Source of the DNA: an uncultured Actinomycetes bacterium | Lineage (GTDB): Bacteria > Actinomycetota > Thermoleophilia > Solirubrobacterales > 70-9 | Length of the DNA: 64,000 nucleotides | NCBI GenBank assembly: GCA_963716545.1 | Contig: OY970316.1 | Span: forward strand, 1,823,225-1,887,224 | Direction: 5' to 3' | Shown: positions 48,196 through 56,564 of the stretch, piece by piece | Layout: every line of letters starts with the position of its first letter | How positions within the stretch are numbered: the stretch's first letter is position 1 | Translations under genes and position numbers: made by a program | Notes under the pieces: generated by a model | Seen by the model: the letters and a program-made list of their open reading frames with translations, nothing else | What the model was told of the DNA's origin: nothing | Databases searched by the model: none

Positions 48196-49503
48196 GTGGA
48201 GGCTCACGCAGAACACGAGCATCACCATCACCACCATCATCACGACGACGTCGAGGTCAATCCGGCGACGTGGAGCGACCCCAAGCGCTATGCCTGGCTG
48301 CTGGGGATCCTCGTCCCGCTGTCGCCGTTCGGCGCCTGGGGATGGGTGGAAGTCACCGGCTTCGGCGGCTTCTGGTTCCTCGGCCCCGTCCTCGTCTTCG
48401 GAATCTTCCCGCTGCTCGACTTCGTCGTCGGCCACGACAGCGTCAACCCCCCCGATAGCGTCCTCAAGTTCCTCGAGCAGGACCGCTACTACCGCTGGTG
48501 CACCTACGTCTTCATTCCGATCCAGTACGCCGGGCTCGTCCTCGCCTGCTGGAAGTGGGGCAGCGGCGACCTCTCGGTTGTCGAATCCTTCGGCCTGGCA
48601 CTGACCATGGGCGTCGTCGGCGGGATCGCGATCAACACCGCCCACGAGCTCGGCCACAAGCGCGAGAGCTCGGAGAAGTGGCTCTCCCGGGTCGCCCTAG
48701 CGCAGACCGGCTACGGCCACTTCTTCATCGAGCACAACCGCGGCCACCACGTCAAAGTGGCGACCCCGGAGGACCCGGCCAGCTCGCGGCTGGGGGAGAG
48801 CTTCTGGGCCTTCCTGCCGCGGACCGTCTGGGGCAGCCTCAGCTCCGCCTGGGAGATCGAGGGCAAGCGGCTCGACCGGCTCGAAAAGCCGCACTTCTCG
48901 ATCCACAACGACATCCTCACCGCCTGGGCGATGACGATCGTGCTGTTCGGAGCGCTCGCCGTCGCCTTCGGCCCGGTCGTCCTGCCCTGGCTGGTGCTGC
49001 AGTCGGTAATCGGCTTCTCCCTGCTGGAGGTCGTCAACTACCTCGAGCACTACGGGCTGCTGCGGCAGAAGAAAGAGGACGGCCGCTACGAGCGCTGCCG
49101 TCCCGAGCACAGCTGGAACAGCAACAACGTCGCCTCCAACGTGCTGCTCTACCACCTGCAGCGCCACTCCGACCACCACGCCAACCCGACCCGCCGCTAC
49201 CAGGCGCTGCGCCACGTCGAAGAGGCGCCGCAGCTGCCGACCGGCTACGCCGGGATGATCGTCCTCGCCTGGTTCCCGCCGCTCTGGAAGCGGGTGATGG
49301 ACCCGCGCCTGGTCGCCCATTACGGCGGCGAGGTCGAGCTGGCCAACATCAGCCCGCGGCGCCGGGCGAAGATCCTCGCCCGCTACGGCGGCGGCGGTCC
49401 GGCCGGCGGCGCCGGTGGTTCCGCGTCCGGCGGCGAGGGTCGCTCCGGCGGCCGGCCACGCGCCTTCGGCGGTGGCGGTCAGGCCGATCAGGCGGCGGCG
49501 TGA
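48196..49503 (+). CDS. alkB: alkane 1-monooxygenase (membrane di-iron hydroxylase)
   Basis: His boxes HELGHK, EHNRGHH, LQRHSDHHA, plus NYLEHYGL. GAGGAGG SD. N-terminal His8 tract and Gly-rich C-terminal tail. Confidence 0.9.
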   Translation: MEAHAEHEHHHHHHHHDDVEVNPATWSDPKRYAWLLGILVPLSPFGAWGWVEVTGFGGFWFLGPVLVFGIFPLLDFVVGHDSVNPPDSVLKFLEQDRYYRWCTYVFIPIQYAGLVLACWKWGSGDLSVVESFGLALTMGVVGGIAINTAHELGHKRESSEKWLSRVALAQTGYGHFFIEHNRGHHVKVATPEDPASSRLGESFWAFLPRTVWGSLSSAWEIEGKRLDRLEKPHFSIHNDILTAWAMTIVLFGALAVAFGPVVLPWLVLQSVIGFSLLEVVNYLEHYGLLRQKKEDGRYERCRPEHSWNSNNVASNVLLYHLQRHSDHHANPTRRYQALRHVEEAPQLPTGYAGMIVLAWFPPLWKRVMDPRLVAHYGGEVELANISPRRRAKILARYGGGGPAGGAGGSASGGEGRSGGRPRAFGGGGQADQAAA

Positions 49504-49661
49504 GCGCCTTCGCCTGCCCGGCCTGCGGCTACGTCTATGACGAGGCCGAGGGGAACCCCCGCGAGGGGTTCCCCGCCGGGACGCCCTGGAGCGAGGTGCC
49601 CGACGACTGGCCCTGCCCCGACTGCGGCGTCCGCGACAAGGTCGATTTCGAGCCTCGATGA
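49500..49661 (+). CDS. rubA: rubredoxin
   Basis: GTG overlaps the alkB TGA. CPACGYVYDE ... WPCPDCG: two CxxC pairs with the typical spacing. Confidence 0.9.
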   Translation: MSAFACPACGYVYDEAEGNPREGFPAGTPWSEVPDDWPCPDCGVRDKVDFEPR

Positions 49662-49674
49662 CTAGGGGTGGCGG

Positions 49675-50310
49675 TTGACCGCTTCCGCTGCGACGATAGG
49701 GGGGATGGCGAGCACGCGCACCCCCTATCCGGAGGCGGCACGGGAGCTCCTGCGCCAAACCCTCTTCGGCGCCGCCCGCGACCAGCTGGAGTCGCGCTCC
49801 TGGTCGCAGATCACGATGTCGGACATCGCCGCCGCCGCCGGCGTCAGTCGCCAGACCCTCTACAAGGAGTTCGGCAACCGCGACGAGTTCGGCCTCGCCT
49901 TCGTCATCCACGAGGGCGAACGTTTCCTCGACGACGTCGAGGCGGCGGTCCTCCGCCACGCCGGCGATCCCCACGCGGCGATCGAGGCCGCGCTGGAGCA
50001 GTTCCTCCGCTCCGCCGCCGAGGACCCGTTGATTCGGCTGCTGCTCAGCGACGACGGCACCGAAGGAATGCTGCCCCTGGTCACCACCCAGGGGCAGCCG
50101 GTCGTGCTCTGGGCCACCGCCCGCCTCTCCGCCGTGATCGAGCAGGGCTGGCCGGAGGCGCCGAAGCCCGACATCGGCCTGCTTGCCGAAGTCCTCGTTC
50201 GCCTCGCGATCTCCTACATCACCACCCCCGGCGACGCCCCCGAGACCACCGCCAATCGCGTCGCCGACCTGCTCGGCCCGTTCATCGACCGGGCTCTCGG
50301 CAGCGAGTGA
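49675..50310 (+). CDS. TetR family transcriptional regulator (alkB-associated)
   Basis: HTH ITMSDIAAAAGVSRQTLYKEFGNRDE. Position immediately after alkB-rubredoxin, as in other actinobacterial alk loci. Confidence 0.8.
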   Translation: MTASAATIGGMASTRTPYPEAARELLRQTLFGAARDQLESRSWSQITMSDIAAAAGVSRQTLYKEFGNRDEFGLAFVIHEGERFLDDVEAAVLRHAGDPHAAIEAALEQFLRSAAEDPLIRLLLSDDGTEGMLPLVTTQGQPVVLWATARLSAVIEQGWPEAPKPDIGLLAEVLVRLAISYITTPGDAPETTANRVADLLGPFIDRALGSE

Positions 50311-50334
50311 GGCTTAGGTAGGATCAACCGCTCT

Positions 50335-50418
50335 GCGGCTGTGGCGGAATTGGTAGACGCGTCAGCTTGAGGGGCTGGTGGCCGAAAGGCCGTGAAGGTT
50401 CGACTCCTTTCAGCCGCA
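50335..50418 (+). tRNA. tRNA-Leu (anticodon GAG)
   Basis: Acceptor gcggctg/cagccgc, anticodon arm tcagc-ttGAGgg-gctgg, long variable arm (tggccgaaaggccg), T arm with gttcgac loop. Confidence 0.9.
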
Positions 50419-50423
50419 CTTCG

Positions 50424-50449
50424 AAAGCCCCCGCTCGCGGGGGCTTTTT
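50424..50449. terminator. rho-independent terminator (usable from both strands)
   Basis: aaagcccccg-ctcg-cgggggcttttt directly after tRNA-Leu, 10 nt from the stop of the convergent gene. Confidence 0.7.
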
Positions 50450-50458
50450 CGGATGCGC

Positions 50459-51940
50459 TCAGGGCCGCAGAGCGGTGACCGTCGCGTCTTCGCGGCCGGT
50501 CGCGGCGAAGATCACGCCGCCGGGTCCGAGGGCGAGCTTGTTGAGGCCATCGAAGCCGCTGTCGGAGCCATCCTTCGTCGCTCCCGGCAGCTTCGCGCAG
50601 GCGCTGACCGGCTCCTGCTTGAGGCGCAGCTGGGCGGCGGTGCAGCCGGCGAAGGCGAGCTTGCCGGTGTGGGGGTCGCGGCGCAGTTCGGTGATCCCGG
50701 AGGCCCGGTTGGCGAAGAACATGATGCGGCCGTTGCGGCTGAGGATCGGGCTGCCGGTTGGGCCGGAGCCGAACGGCAGGTTGGCGCAGATGCGCCGGTC
50801 GGCGCCCATGCTGCTGGCGCAACCGACGGCGCTGAGCTTGCCGCTGGCCCGGCTCCGTTTGAGGGCGACGACCTCGCCGTAGGAGCGCACGTAGAGGAAG
50901 CGGCCGTCGGGCGATTCGACCATCCCGGTCGGCGCCTGCAGGGTGTAGGTGCCGCCGGCGGCCCGACCCGGGTCGGCGCATGGGGGCGAGGTGTAACGGG
51001 AGACGCAGCTGCGGAACTTCAGCGATCCCGAGCCGCCGACGGAGAAGACGTCTACGGTGCCGGCGTGGCGGCCGAGCACGGTGAGGAAGTGGCCGTCGGG
51101 GGAGAGCACCGGCGCCGCCGCTTCTTCGAGCACGCTCGCCGGCGCCCGCCCGCAGCCGGGGGCGCCGCGCTCGGAGGCGACGCAGCTTTGAAGGGTCATG
51201 TCGCCGCTGGCCGGGTCGCGGGCGAGGACGGCGACACCTTCGTCCCTGCTGGCGGTGACGTAGACGTGGCTGCCGTCCTTGCTGACCGCGAGGCCGCGAG
51301 CTTCGTCGAGGCCGGAGTGGTGGCCGTCCTTGGTCGCGCCGGGGACCGGCGTGCACGGTCCTTCCGGCGGCGCTGCGGCCAGGGTCCCGGTCAGGCAGCC
51401 GCCGTAGGTGAGCGTGCCGCTGGCGGGGTCGCGGTGCAGCCAGGTCACGGTCGCGTCGTAGAAGCTGCCGGCGACGTAGAGGGTGCGGCCGTCGGGGCTG
51501 AACGCCTGGGCCGAGGCCCCGGCGAGCGGTCCCTCGCGCTCGTTCGGCTTGGCGCCGGGGGTGGTCGTGCAGCCCTCGGTGAAGCTGTCGCCGGTGATGC
51601 AGGACTGAAAGGAGAGCGCCCCGGACGGCGCCAGGCCGATCTGGGTGACGGCGCTCGCGTCGAAGCTGCTGAGGTAGACCGAGCTGCCCTCGACCCGCAG
51701 CGAGCTGACGGCAGAGAGCAGGGAGGAAAAGATCGAGCCGGTCAGCTTCGTGCAGCCACGGCGGTGAATGACCTGCTGGCTCTGGCTGATGCAGCCGAGT
51801 ACCTTGGGGTGGAATCCGGCGGCGTGCGGCTTCGCCTTCGGCGCGGCCGCGGAGGGTGCCGCGCCGAAGCTCGAGAACGCCACACAGACGCAGGCGACGA
51901 AAGTGGCAGCCGGGACGAGATTACGAGCGAGCGGCTTCAA
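50459..51940 (-). CDS. secreted beta-propeller repeat protein (lactonase/YncE-like repeats)
   Basis: Signal peptide. At least 6 repeats of ...SPDG(R/H)xLYV...(D/R)PASGxL(T/K)..xxC (e.g. SPDGRTLYVAGSF..RDPASGTLTYGGC; SKDGSHVYVTAS..RDPASGDMTLQSC). Confidence 0.6.
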   Translation of the reverse strand: MKPLARNLVPAATFVACVCVAFSSFGAAPSAAAPKAKPHAAGFHPKVLGCISQSQQVIHRRGCTKLTGSIFSSLLSAVSSLRVEGSSVYLSSFDASAVTQIGLAPSGALSFQSCITGDSFTEGCTTTPGAKPNEREGPLAGASAQAFSPDGRTLYVAGSFYDATVTWLHRDPASGTLTYGGCLTGTLAAAPPEGPCTPVPGATKDGHHSGLDEARGLAVSKDGSHVYVTASRDEGVAVLARDPASGDMTLQSCVASERGAPGCGRAPASVLEEAAAPVLSPDGHFLTVLGRHAGTVDVFSVGGSGSLKFRSCVSRYTSPPCADPGRAAGGTYTLQAPTGMVESPDGRFLYVRSYGEVVALKRSRASGKLSAVGCASSMGADRRICANLPFGSGPTGSPILSRNGRIMFFANRASGITELRRDPHTGKLAFAGCTAAQLRLKQEPVSACAKLPGATKDGSDSGFDGLNKLALGPGGVIFAATGREDATVTALRP

Positions 51941-51982
51941 CCCCGGTGAGTATGGACGAAGGGTCGGGCGGCTCGCGGGAAT

Positions 51983-52492
51983 TCAACCGCCGAGGGCGGC
52001 GATGAACGGCTCGCGCACCGCCGGGTCGCAGTGGAGCCGCTCGAGCTCCCGCTTCGCCCGGGTCGGGTCCGCGCCGGCGGGGTGGTCCTCGCCGGGGCCG
52101 CAGGCGAGCGGCAGGGACGAGTGGCCGTCCCAGGGCTCGCCGGGGAAGGTCGCGTCGATGACGATGCGGCGTCCGCCGACGGCGGCGGTGAGATAGCGGT
52201 GGACGTCGACCAGGCCCTCCGGCGGGACCGTGGCGGCGACCCGCTCGCCCCAACGCTCGCCGGCGGCGTCGGGGGTGACGCGGTAGACGCGATGGACCAG
52301 CTCCGGTTCGGTCTCCGGGAACCGGGCGGCGAGCTCCCGCAGGAGGTAAAGGTGCTTGGCCGAGCAGGTGCCGCGACCCTCGCGCAGCATCGCCTCCGGG
52401 GTCGGCTCGCTTGGCCGCCCGTAGGGCAGCTGCCGCACCGACTCGACCAGCTCGACGAGGCCCTCGGCCGGGGAGTCGGCCGGCGCAATCAC
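51983..52492 (-). CDS. transglutaminase-like (Cys-His-Asp) superfamily protein
   Basis: Tail of track ORF 51983..52771. GRGTCSAKHLYL (Cys), VDVHRYL (His), VIDAT (Asp). GTGA overlap with the upstream DUF202 gene. Confidence 0.5.
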   Translation of the reverse strand: MIAPADSPAEGLVELVESVRQLPYGRPSEPTPEAMLREGRGTCSAKHLYLLRELAARFPETEPELVHRVYRVTPDAAGERWGERVAATVPPEGLVDVHRYLTAAVGGRRIVIDATFPGEPWDGHSSLPLACGPGEDHPAGADPTRAKRELERLHCDPAVREPFIAALGG

Positions 52493-52851
52493 TCGAAGAC
52501 GATCAGCGCCACGATCGCCAGGCCGAGGAGGGCGCCGAAGACGGTCATCGCGGTGAGCATGCGGTCGGAGGCAGCGAACTGGGGTGGGATATCGAGGCCG
52601 CGCTCGTAGGCGCGCATCCGTTGGCTGCCGTAGAGGATCGCCAACACGCCGTAGACGGCGAAGGCGACGCCGATGGCTACGTAGGGCCACGAGGTCGAGG
52701 CTTCGGCTAGTTCGGGGACGACGCGGCCGACCGCGAGGGCGACGGCGATCGCCGCGAAGCCGGTTCGCCACCAGGCGAGTTGGGTGCGCTCCGCCGCCAG
52801 GTAGGTGCGGCGCGGAGCGCTGTCGCGGGGCTCGGGCGGCTGGGCCGGCAT
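52489..52851 (-). CDS. DUF202/YidH family membrane protein
   Basis: Tail of track ORF 52489..53670. RTYLAAERTQLAWWRTGFAAIAVALAV is the DUF202 hallmark. Three TM segments. Confidence 0.7.
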   Translation of the reverse strand: MPAQPPEPRDSAPRRTYLAAERTQLAWWRTGFAAIAVALAVGRVVPELAEASTSWPYVAIGVAFAVYGVLAILYGSQRMRAYERGLDIPPQFAASDRMLTAMTVFGALLGLAIVALIVFE

Positions 52852-52936
52852 ATATCCCAGCTTTGCAGGCGAAAGGCGGGTAGGTGTGAAGGGTGGGGCG
52901 CTTGCAACCGTCCGCGGGGCGCGGTAGCCTTCGTCA

Positions 52937-52950
52937 CGAACAGGTGTTCG
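52937..52950. promoter_or_regulatory. LexA operator (Cheo-type SOS box)
   Basis: cGAACaggtGTTCg matches the Gram-positive consensus GAAC-N4-GTTC, 52 nt upstream of the lexA ATG. Confidence 0.75.
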
Positions 52951-53001
52951 AATGGAAGTTTCACTGGCATCTGCACCCGGCGAGGAGGAACGCTGAGCAA
53001 G

Positions 53002-53616
53002 ATGGTTGATCTCGATCTCACCAAGCGGCAGAAGGAGATCTTCGACTTCATCCGCAAATACGCGGCGAAAACCGGCTACCCGCCGACGGTTCGGGAGATC
53101 GGCAAGGCGGTGGGTCTGCACTCGTCCTCGACCGTGCACGCGCACCTCGCCAATCTGGAGAAGATCGGCCTGCTGCGACGCGATCCCTCGAAGCCGCGGG
53201 CGATCGAGCTGCTGTTCGAAAAGGCGAAGAAGACGGTGCGGCCGGGCTACGAGCTGCCACTGGTCGGCCAGGTGGCCGCCGGTGAGCCGATCCTCGCCGA
53301 GGAGAACATCGACGAGTACCTCGAGATCCCCGACGTGATCGGCGGCGAGGACGGCGACTACATACTCCAGATCCGCGGCGAATCGATGAAGAACGCCGGC
53401 ATCCTCGAAGGCGACTACGTCGTCGTTCGTCCCAGCGACGACGCCGACAACGGTGAGATCGTCGTCGCCCTGATCGGCGAGGAGGCGACCGTGAAGCGGA
53501 TCTACCGCGAACCGGAACACATCCGCCTGCAGCCGGAGAACGAGGAGATGGAACCGATCATCACCACCGAGGCCCGCGTCCTCGGCAAGGTGGTAGGCGT
53601 CTTCCGCAAGGTCTGA
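53002..53616 (+). CDS. lexA: SOS repressor LexA
   Basis: Tail of track ORF 52780..53616. LTKRQKEIFDFI, YPPTVREIG, cleavage-site region VAAGEP, catalytic GESM ... VKR. Confidence 0.93.
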   Translation: MVDLDLTKRQKEIFDFIRKYAAKTGYPPTVREIGKAVGLHSSSTVHAHLANLEKIGLLRRDPSKPRAIELLFEKAKKTVRPGYELPLVGQVAAGEPILAEENIDEYLEIPDVIGGEDGDYILQIRGESMKNAGILEGDYVVVRPSDDADNGEIVVALIGEEATVKRIYREPEHIRLQPENEEMEPIITTEARVLGKVVGVFRKV

Positions 53617-53630
53617 GCGGGCACGGGACC

Positions 53631-53830
53631 GGCGCGCTTCGGCGTCCTCGGTCGCTTGTGTGCAGGGCACACGGCGCTCCCTGCGTCCTTGAATCGCTTG
53701 GTCCCGCGTCCGCTCAGGTCAGGTAAGCCGAGCGAAAACCAAGCAAGGCGGTGGACGCAGGGAGGGTGGCGCAGCGAGCGCAATGGAATTGCGTGAGCAA
53801 GACGCACGACCGAGGACGCCGAATTGCGCC
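53631..53830. other. highly structured element of about 200 nt (extended multi-stem hairpin); candidate ncRNA or palindromic repeat
   Basis: Nested perfect pairings: 53638-53654 with 53807-53823 (17 bp), 53678-53688 with 53753-53763 (11 bp), gcttggt/accaagc, cgctc/gagcg at the apex. Only implausible short ORFs cover it. Confidence 0.4.
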
Positions 53831-53867
53831 GGTTTGCAGCCGGCCGCCCAAGGACTACCATCCCCAT

Positions 53868-54195
53868 TGCGGGCCGAGCGGACCGCGGGGGGAGAGACAA
53901 CCCTTCGAGGAAAGTCCGGACACCACAGGGCAGGGCGGTGGGTAACGCCCACCCGGGGAAACCCGCGGGAAAGTGCCACAGAAACACACGGCCGATGGCG
54001 CGGCGACCATGTGGGTCGCGTACAGGCAAAGGTGAAAAGGTGCGGTAAGAGCGCACCGGCGTCGCGGTGACGCGGCGGCCAGGCAAACCCCGCCCGGTGC
54101 AAGGCCAAGCAGGACCGTCGACCCGGCTCGGCGAGGTCCAGGTAGGCCGCATAGATAGATGGCCGCTCGAGACAGGATCCGGCTTACAGGCCCGC
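53868..54195 (+). ncRNA. rnpB: RNase P RNA, bacterial type A
   Basis: Universally conserved blocks GAGGAAAGTCCGGAC, GGGTAACGCCC, AAAGTGCCACAGAAA, GGTAAGAGCGCACC, CAAACCCC, ACAGGATCCGGCTTAC. P1 pairing gcgggcc (53868) with ggcccgc (54189-54195). Confidence 0.88.
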
Positions 54196-54199
54196 TAAA

Positions 54200-54225
54200 G
54201 GAGAGGCCCCGCGAGGGGCCTCTCC
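54200..54225 (+). terminator. hairpin terminator after rnpB
   Basis: ggagaggcccc-gcga-ggggcctctcc: 11-bp perfect stem. Confidence 0.6.
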
Positions 54226-54387
54226 CATACCCTCTGTTCGCCTCTGGGGCGAACAGATTGCAAGCCGGGATGCCGAATTCGAGGACGCCGCCCAAGGCGC
54301 CGATTTCGCTCTGTGCAGGCGTTTCCCCCGGATGCGGAGCGACGGCAGATTTTCCGTCTTAGCGTTTGCTAACCTGCCGCCAACTTC

Positions 54388-54519
54388 CGCTGAATCTCCG
54401 CCTACATACCGCGGGGAGCGGGGGACCCAATTAGTTGGGGCGAGTCGCGACCTGATGGTCGTGTAGCGCAGCTCTTTCAGCGCGAGCCCGACAGCTAACC
54501 CCGTAAGCGCCCGAAAGAG
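54388..54519 (+). promoter_or_regulatory. ydaO/yuaA-class (cyclic-di-AMP) riboswitch
   Basis: cgcTGAATC...GCGGGGAGCGGGGGACCCA...TTGGGGCGAGTC...CCCGACAGCTAACCCCGTAAGCGCCCGAAAGAG closely parallels the conserved ydaO motif blocks. It ends at the start codon of the RlpA-like gene. Confidence 0.85.
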
Positions 54520-54520
54520 C

Positions 54521-55039
54521 ATGAGCAAGGCCGAGAACCGCCTCGAGCGGAAAGACGATTACGGGCCGGTACGCCGTGCCCGCGGTGGGAAGGCGCGCAT
54601 CGCGCTGGCCCTGGCCACGGCGGCGATCGCCGTGCTCGCGGCCGTCCCCGCTGCCCAGGCGATGACCGGTGGCGCCTCCGGCTACGAAGCCGCTCCGACC
54701 GAAGAAGCGCCGGTCGCCGAAAGCGGCCAGGAACTCGCCTTCGGAGCAGCCAAATGGGCCGGCGCCAGCTGGTACGGGCCAGGCCTGTGGGGCAACTCGA
54801 CCGCCTGCGGCGCCACCTTGCGCCCGAGCACGATCGGCGTCGCCCACAAGACGCTGCCCTGCGGCACCATGGTCCGCTTCGTCTACCACGGCCGCACCGT
54901 GGTGGCGCCGGTGATCGACCGCGGCCCCTACGTCAAAGGCCGTGCCTTCGACCTCACCGCCGCCGCTGCCGAAGCGCTTGAATTCGAAGGCGTCGGCCGG
55001 CTTCGCTATCAGGTCGCCGCCGAATACGCGCGACAGTAG
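54521..55039 (+). CDS. secreted RlpA-like double-psi beta-barrel (DPBB) protein
   Basis: Signal peptide IALALATAAIAVLAAVPAAQA. ASWYGPGLWGNSTACG...VAHKTLPCGTMVRF...APVIDRGPY...FDLT. Confidence 0.8.
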   Translation: MSKAENRLERKDDYGPVRRARGGKARIALALATAAIAVLAAVPAAQAMTGGASGYEAAPTEEAPVAESGQELAFGAAKWAGASWYGPGLWGNSTACGATLRPSTIGVAHKTLPCGTMVRFVYHGRTVVAPVIDRGPYVKGRAFDLTAAAAEALEFEGVGRLRYQVAAEYARQ

Positions 55040-55184
55040 TCAGCTTTCCCCTGCTCCCGCCGAGCTGGCCTGCCGCCGCCCTGCGCCGGCCCTAAACGCC
55101 AGCTAAGAAACGCTTTTCGGCCGCAACGAGGGCTAACCTGCGGTGTTCTCACCTAGCCCGTCCCCGTCGGAGAGGAGTTCCTGC

Positions 55185-55913
55185 ATGCCGAGGTCCACGA
55201 TCGCGTCGCCCCGCCAACGCCGCACCCGCGGCCGCCTGCTGGCGCTGGCGACGGTGGCCTGCTCGCTGGTCGCGGTGATCTCGGTCTTCGCCGCCACCAG
55301 CTCGGCCCGCCAGCAGGCGACGGCGACGGTGGTGCTCGGCAACACCGCGACCGTCCCCGACCCCTCCTGCCCGGGCGATCCCTGCCAGGCGGTCGGCAGC
55401 GTCACCGGCTTTCAGGTCTCGACCGACCAGAGCAACCTGCCCTTCCGGGTGCCGCGCGATGGCACGATCAAGGCCTGGACGCTGACCCTGGCCCAGCCGA
55501 CGAACAAGCAGCGCTCCTTCTTCAACGGCTTCTTCGGCACTCCGCCGGAGGCGCGCCTGGCGATCCTGCACAAGGTCGGCGGCACCAACCCGCCCCGCTA
55601 CGCGCTGCGCCGCCAGGGCGCGACCAAGGTGCTCTCGCCCTACCTCGGCCAGACGGTCAAGTTCGGCTCCAATCTGAAAGTCGAAGAAGGCGACATCGTC
55701 GGCATCACCGTGCCGACCTGGGCGCCGCTCTTCGCCCAGGGTCTGGAAACCAGCAACGTCTGGCGGGCCAGTCGGGCGCCGGGGACCTGCACCAACTCGA
55801 CCGACATCCGCCAGGGCGAAGCCCAGCAGACGGTCGGCAAGCGTGCCACCTACGGCTGCAAATACACCTCCGCTCGCCTGCTCTACACGGCGACGCTGGT
55901 CGAGGGCAAGTAG
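55185..55913 (+). CDS. secreted hypothetical protein
   Basis: GGAGAGGAG SD before the internal ATG at 55185. Arg-rich n-region plus LLALATVACSLVAVISVFAATSSA signal. No family recognised. Confidence 0.5.
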   Translation: MPRSTIASPRQRRTRGRLLALATVACSLVAVISVFAATSSARQQATATVVLGNTATVPDPSCPGDPCQAVGSVTGFQVSTDQSNLPFRVPRDGTIKAWTLTLAQPTNKQRSFFNGFFGTPPEARLAILHKVGGTNPPRYALRRQGATKVLSPYLGQTVKFGSNLKVEEGDIVGITVPTWAPLFAQGLETSNVWRASRAPGTCTNSTDIRQGEAQQTVGKRATYGCKYTSARLLYTATLVEGK

Positions 55914-55926
55914 GCAGCAAAGAAAA

Positions 55927-55955
55927 CGCCCCGGCGCCGTGGCGGCCGGGGCGTC
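55927..55955. terminator. hairpin between convergent genes
   Basis: acgccccggc ... gccggggcgt: 10-bp stem. Confidence 0.5.
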
Positions 55956-55997
55956 TCGCACCGAGTCTCTGTTCGCCGGGTGGCCCGGCGGCGCGGC

Positions 55998-56564
55998 TTA
56001 CGCCGCGGAGGGGAGGACTCGTGGGGTCGCCTGGTCTTTCGGCAGCGCCGCGGCACCGGCGATCAGGCTCTGGAACTCGTTCAGCGCCAGGTGGCCGACC
56101 GCCTCGAGGATCTCCTCGTCGGTCCAGCCGATCTCCCGTGCCTCCTCGTGGAGGTGCAGCGGCGGCGATCCGTCCGCGTCCAGGGCCTCCTTCAGGTAAA
56201 GGAGCAGCGCCGCCTCCTTCTCGTCGGCCGAGCTGAAGCTGCGGGCTCGGCTGACCTCGTCGAGGCCGAGCCCGGCTCGACGAGCCGACTTGGCGTGCTG
56301 AGCGATGCTGTAGCTGTCGCCACGGTGCTCGGCGACCGCCAGGGCGATCCGCTCACGAGTGGCCTGGGGGAGGACGCCGCCGCGGAGCTCGGAGCGCATG
56401 CGGGTGTAGGCGCGCAGGACGGCGGGGGCGCCGGCGAGGACGCCGACGAACTTGGTGACCGCGCCGCCGGCGGCCTGGATGGACTTGATCAGCGGGGCGC
56501 TCTCGTCGGGCGCCGTGAGCTCGTCGTGGATCTGAAATCTGCTTACTGCGGTTTTTACCGTCAC
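55998..56564 (-). CDS. carboxymuconolactone decarboxylase (AhpD-like) family protein
   Basis: 188 aa. Helical AhpD-like repeats: RERIALAVAEHRGDSYSIAQH; EILEAVGHLALNEF. Confidence 0.7.
   Translation of the reverse strand: MTVKTAVSRFQIHDELTAPDESAPLIKSIQAAGGAVTKFVGVLAGAPAVLRAYTRMRSELRGGVLPQATRERIALAVAEHRGDSYSIAQHAKSARRAGLGLDEVSRARSFSSADEKEAALLLYLKEALDADGSPPLHLHEEAREIGWTDEEILEAVGHLALNEFQSLIAGAAALPKDQATPRVLPSAA

Noticed and set aside
53631-53830. Calling the structured element a 6S RNA (ssrS).
   Set aside because: The shape is suggestive, but I cannot verify the conserved 6S central-bubble features or the strand without a covariance-model search. It is kept as an unassigned structured element.
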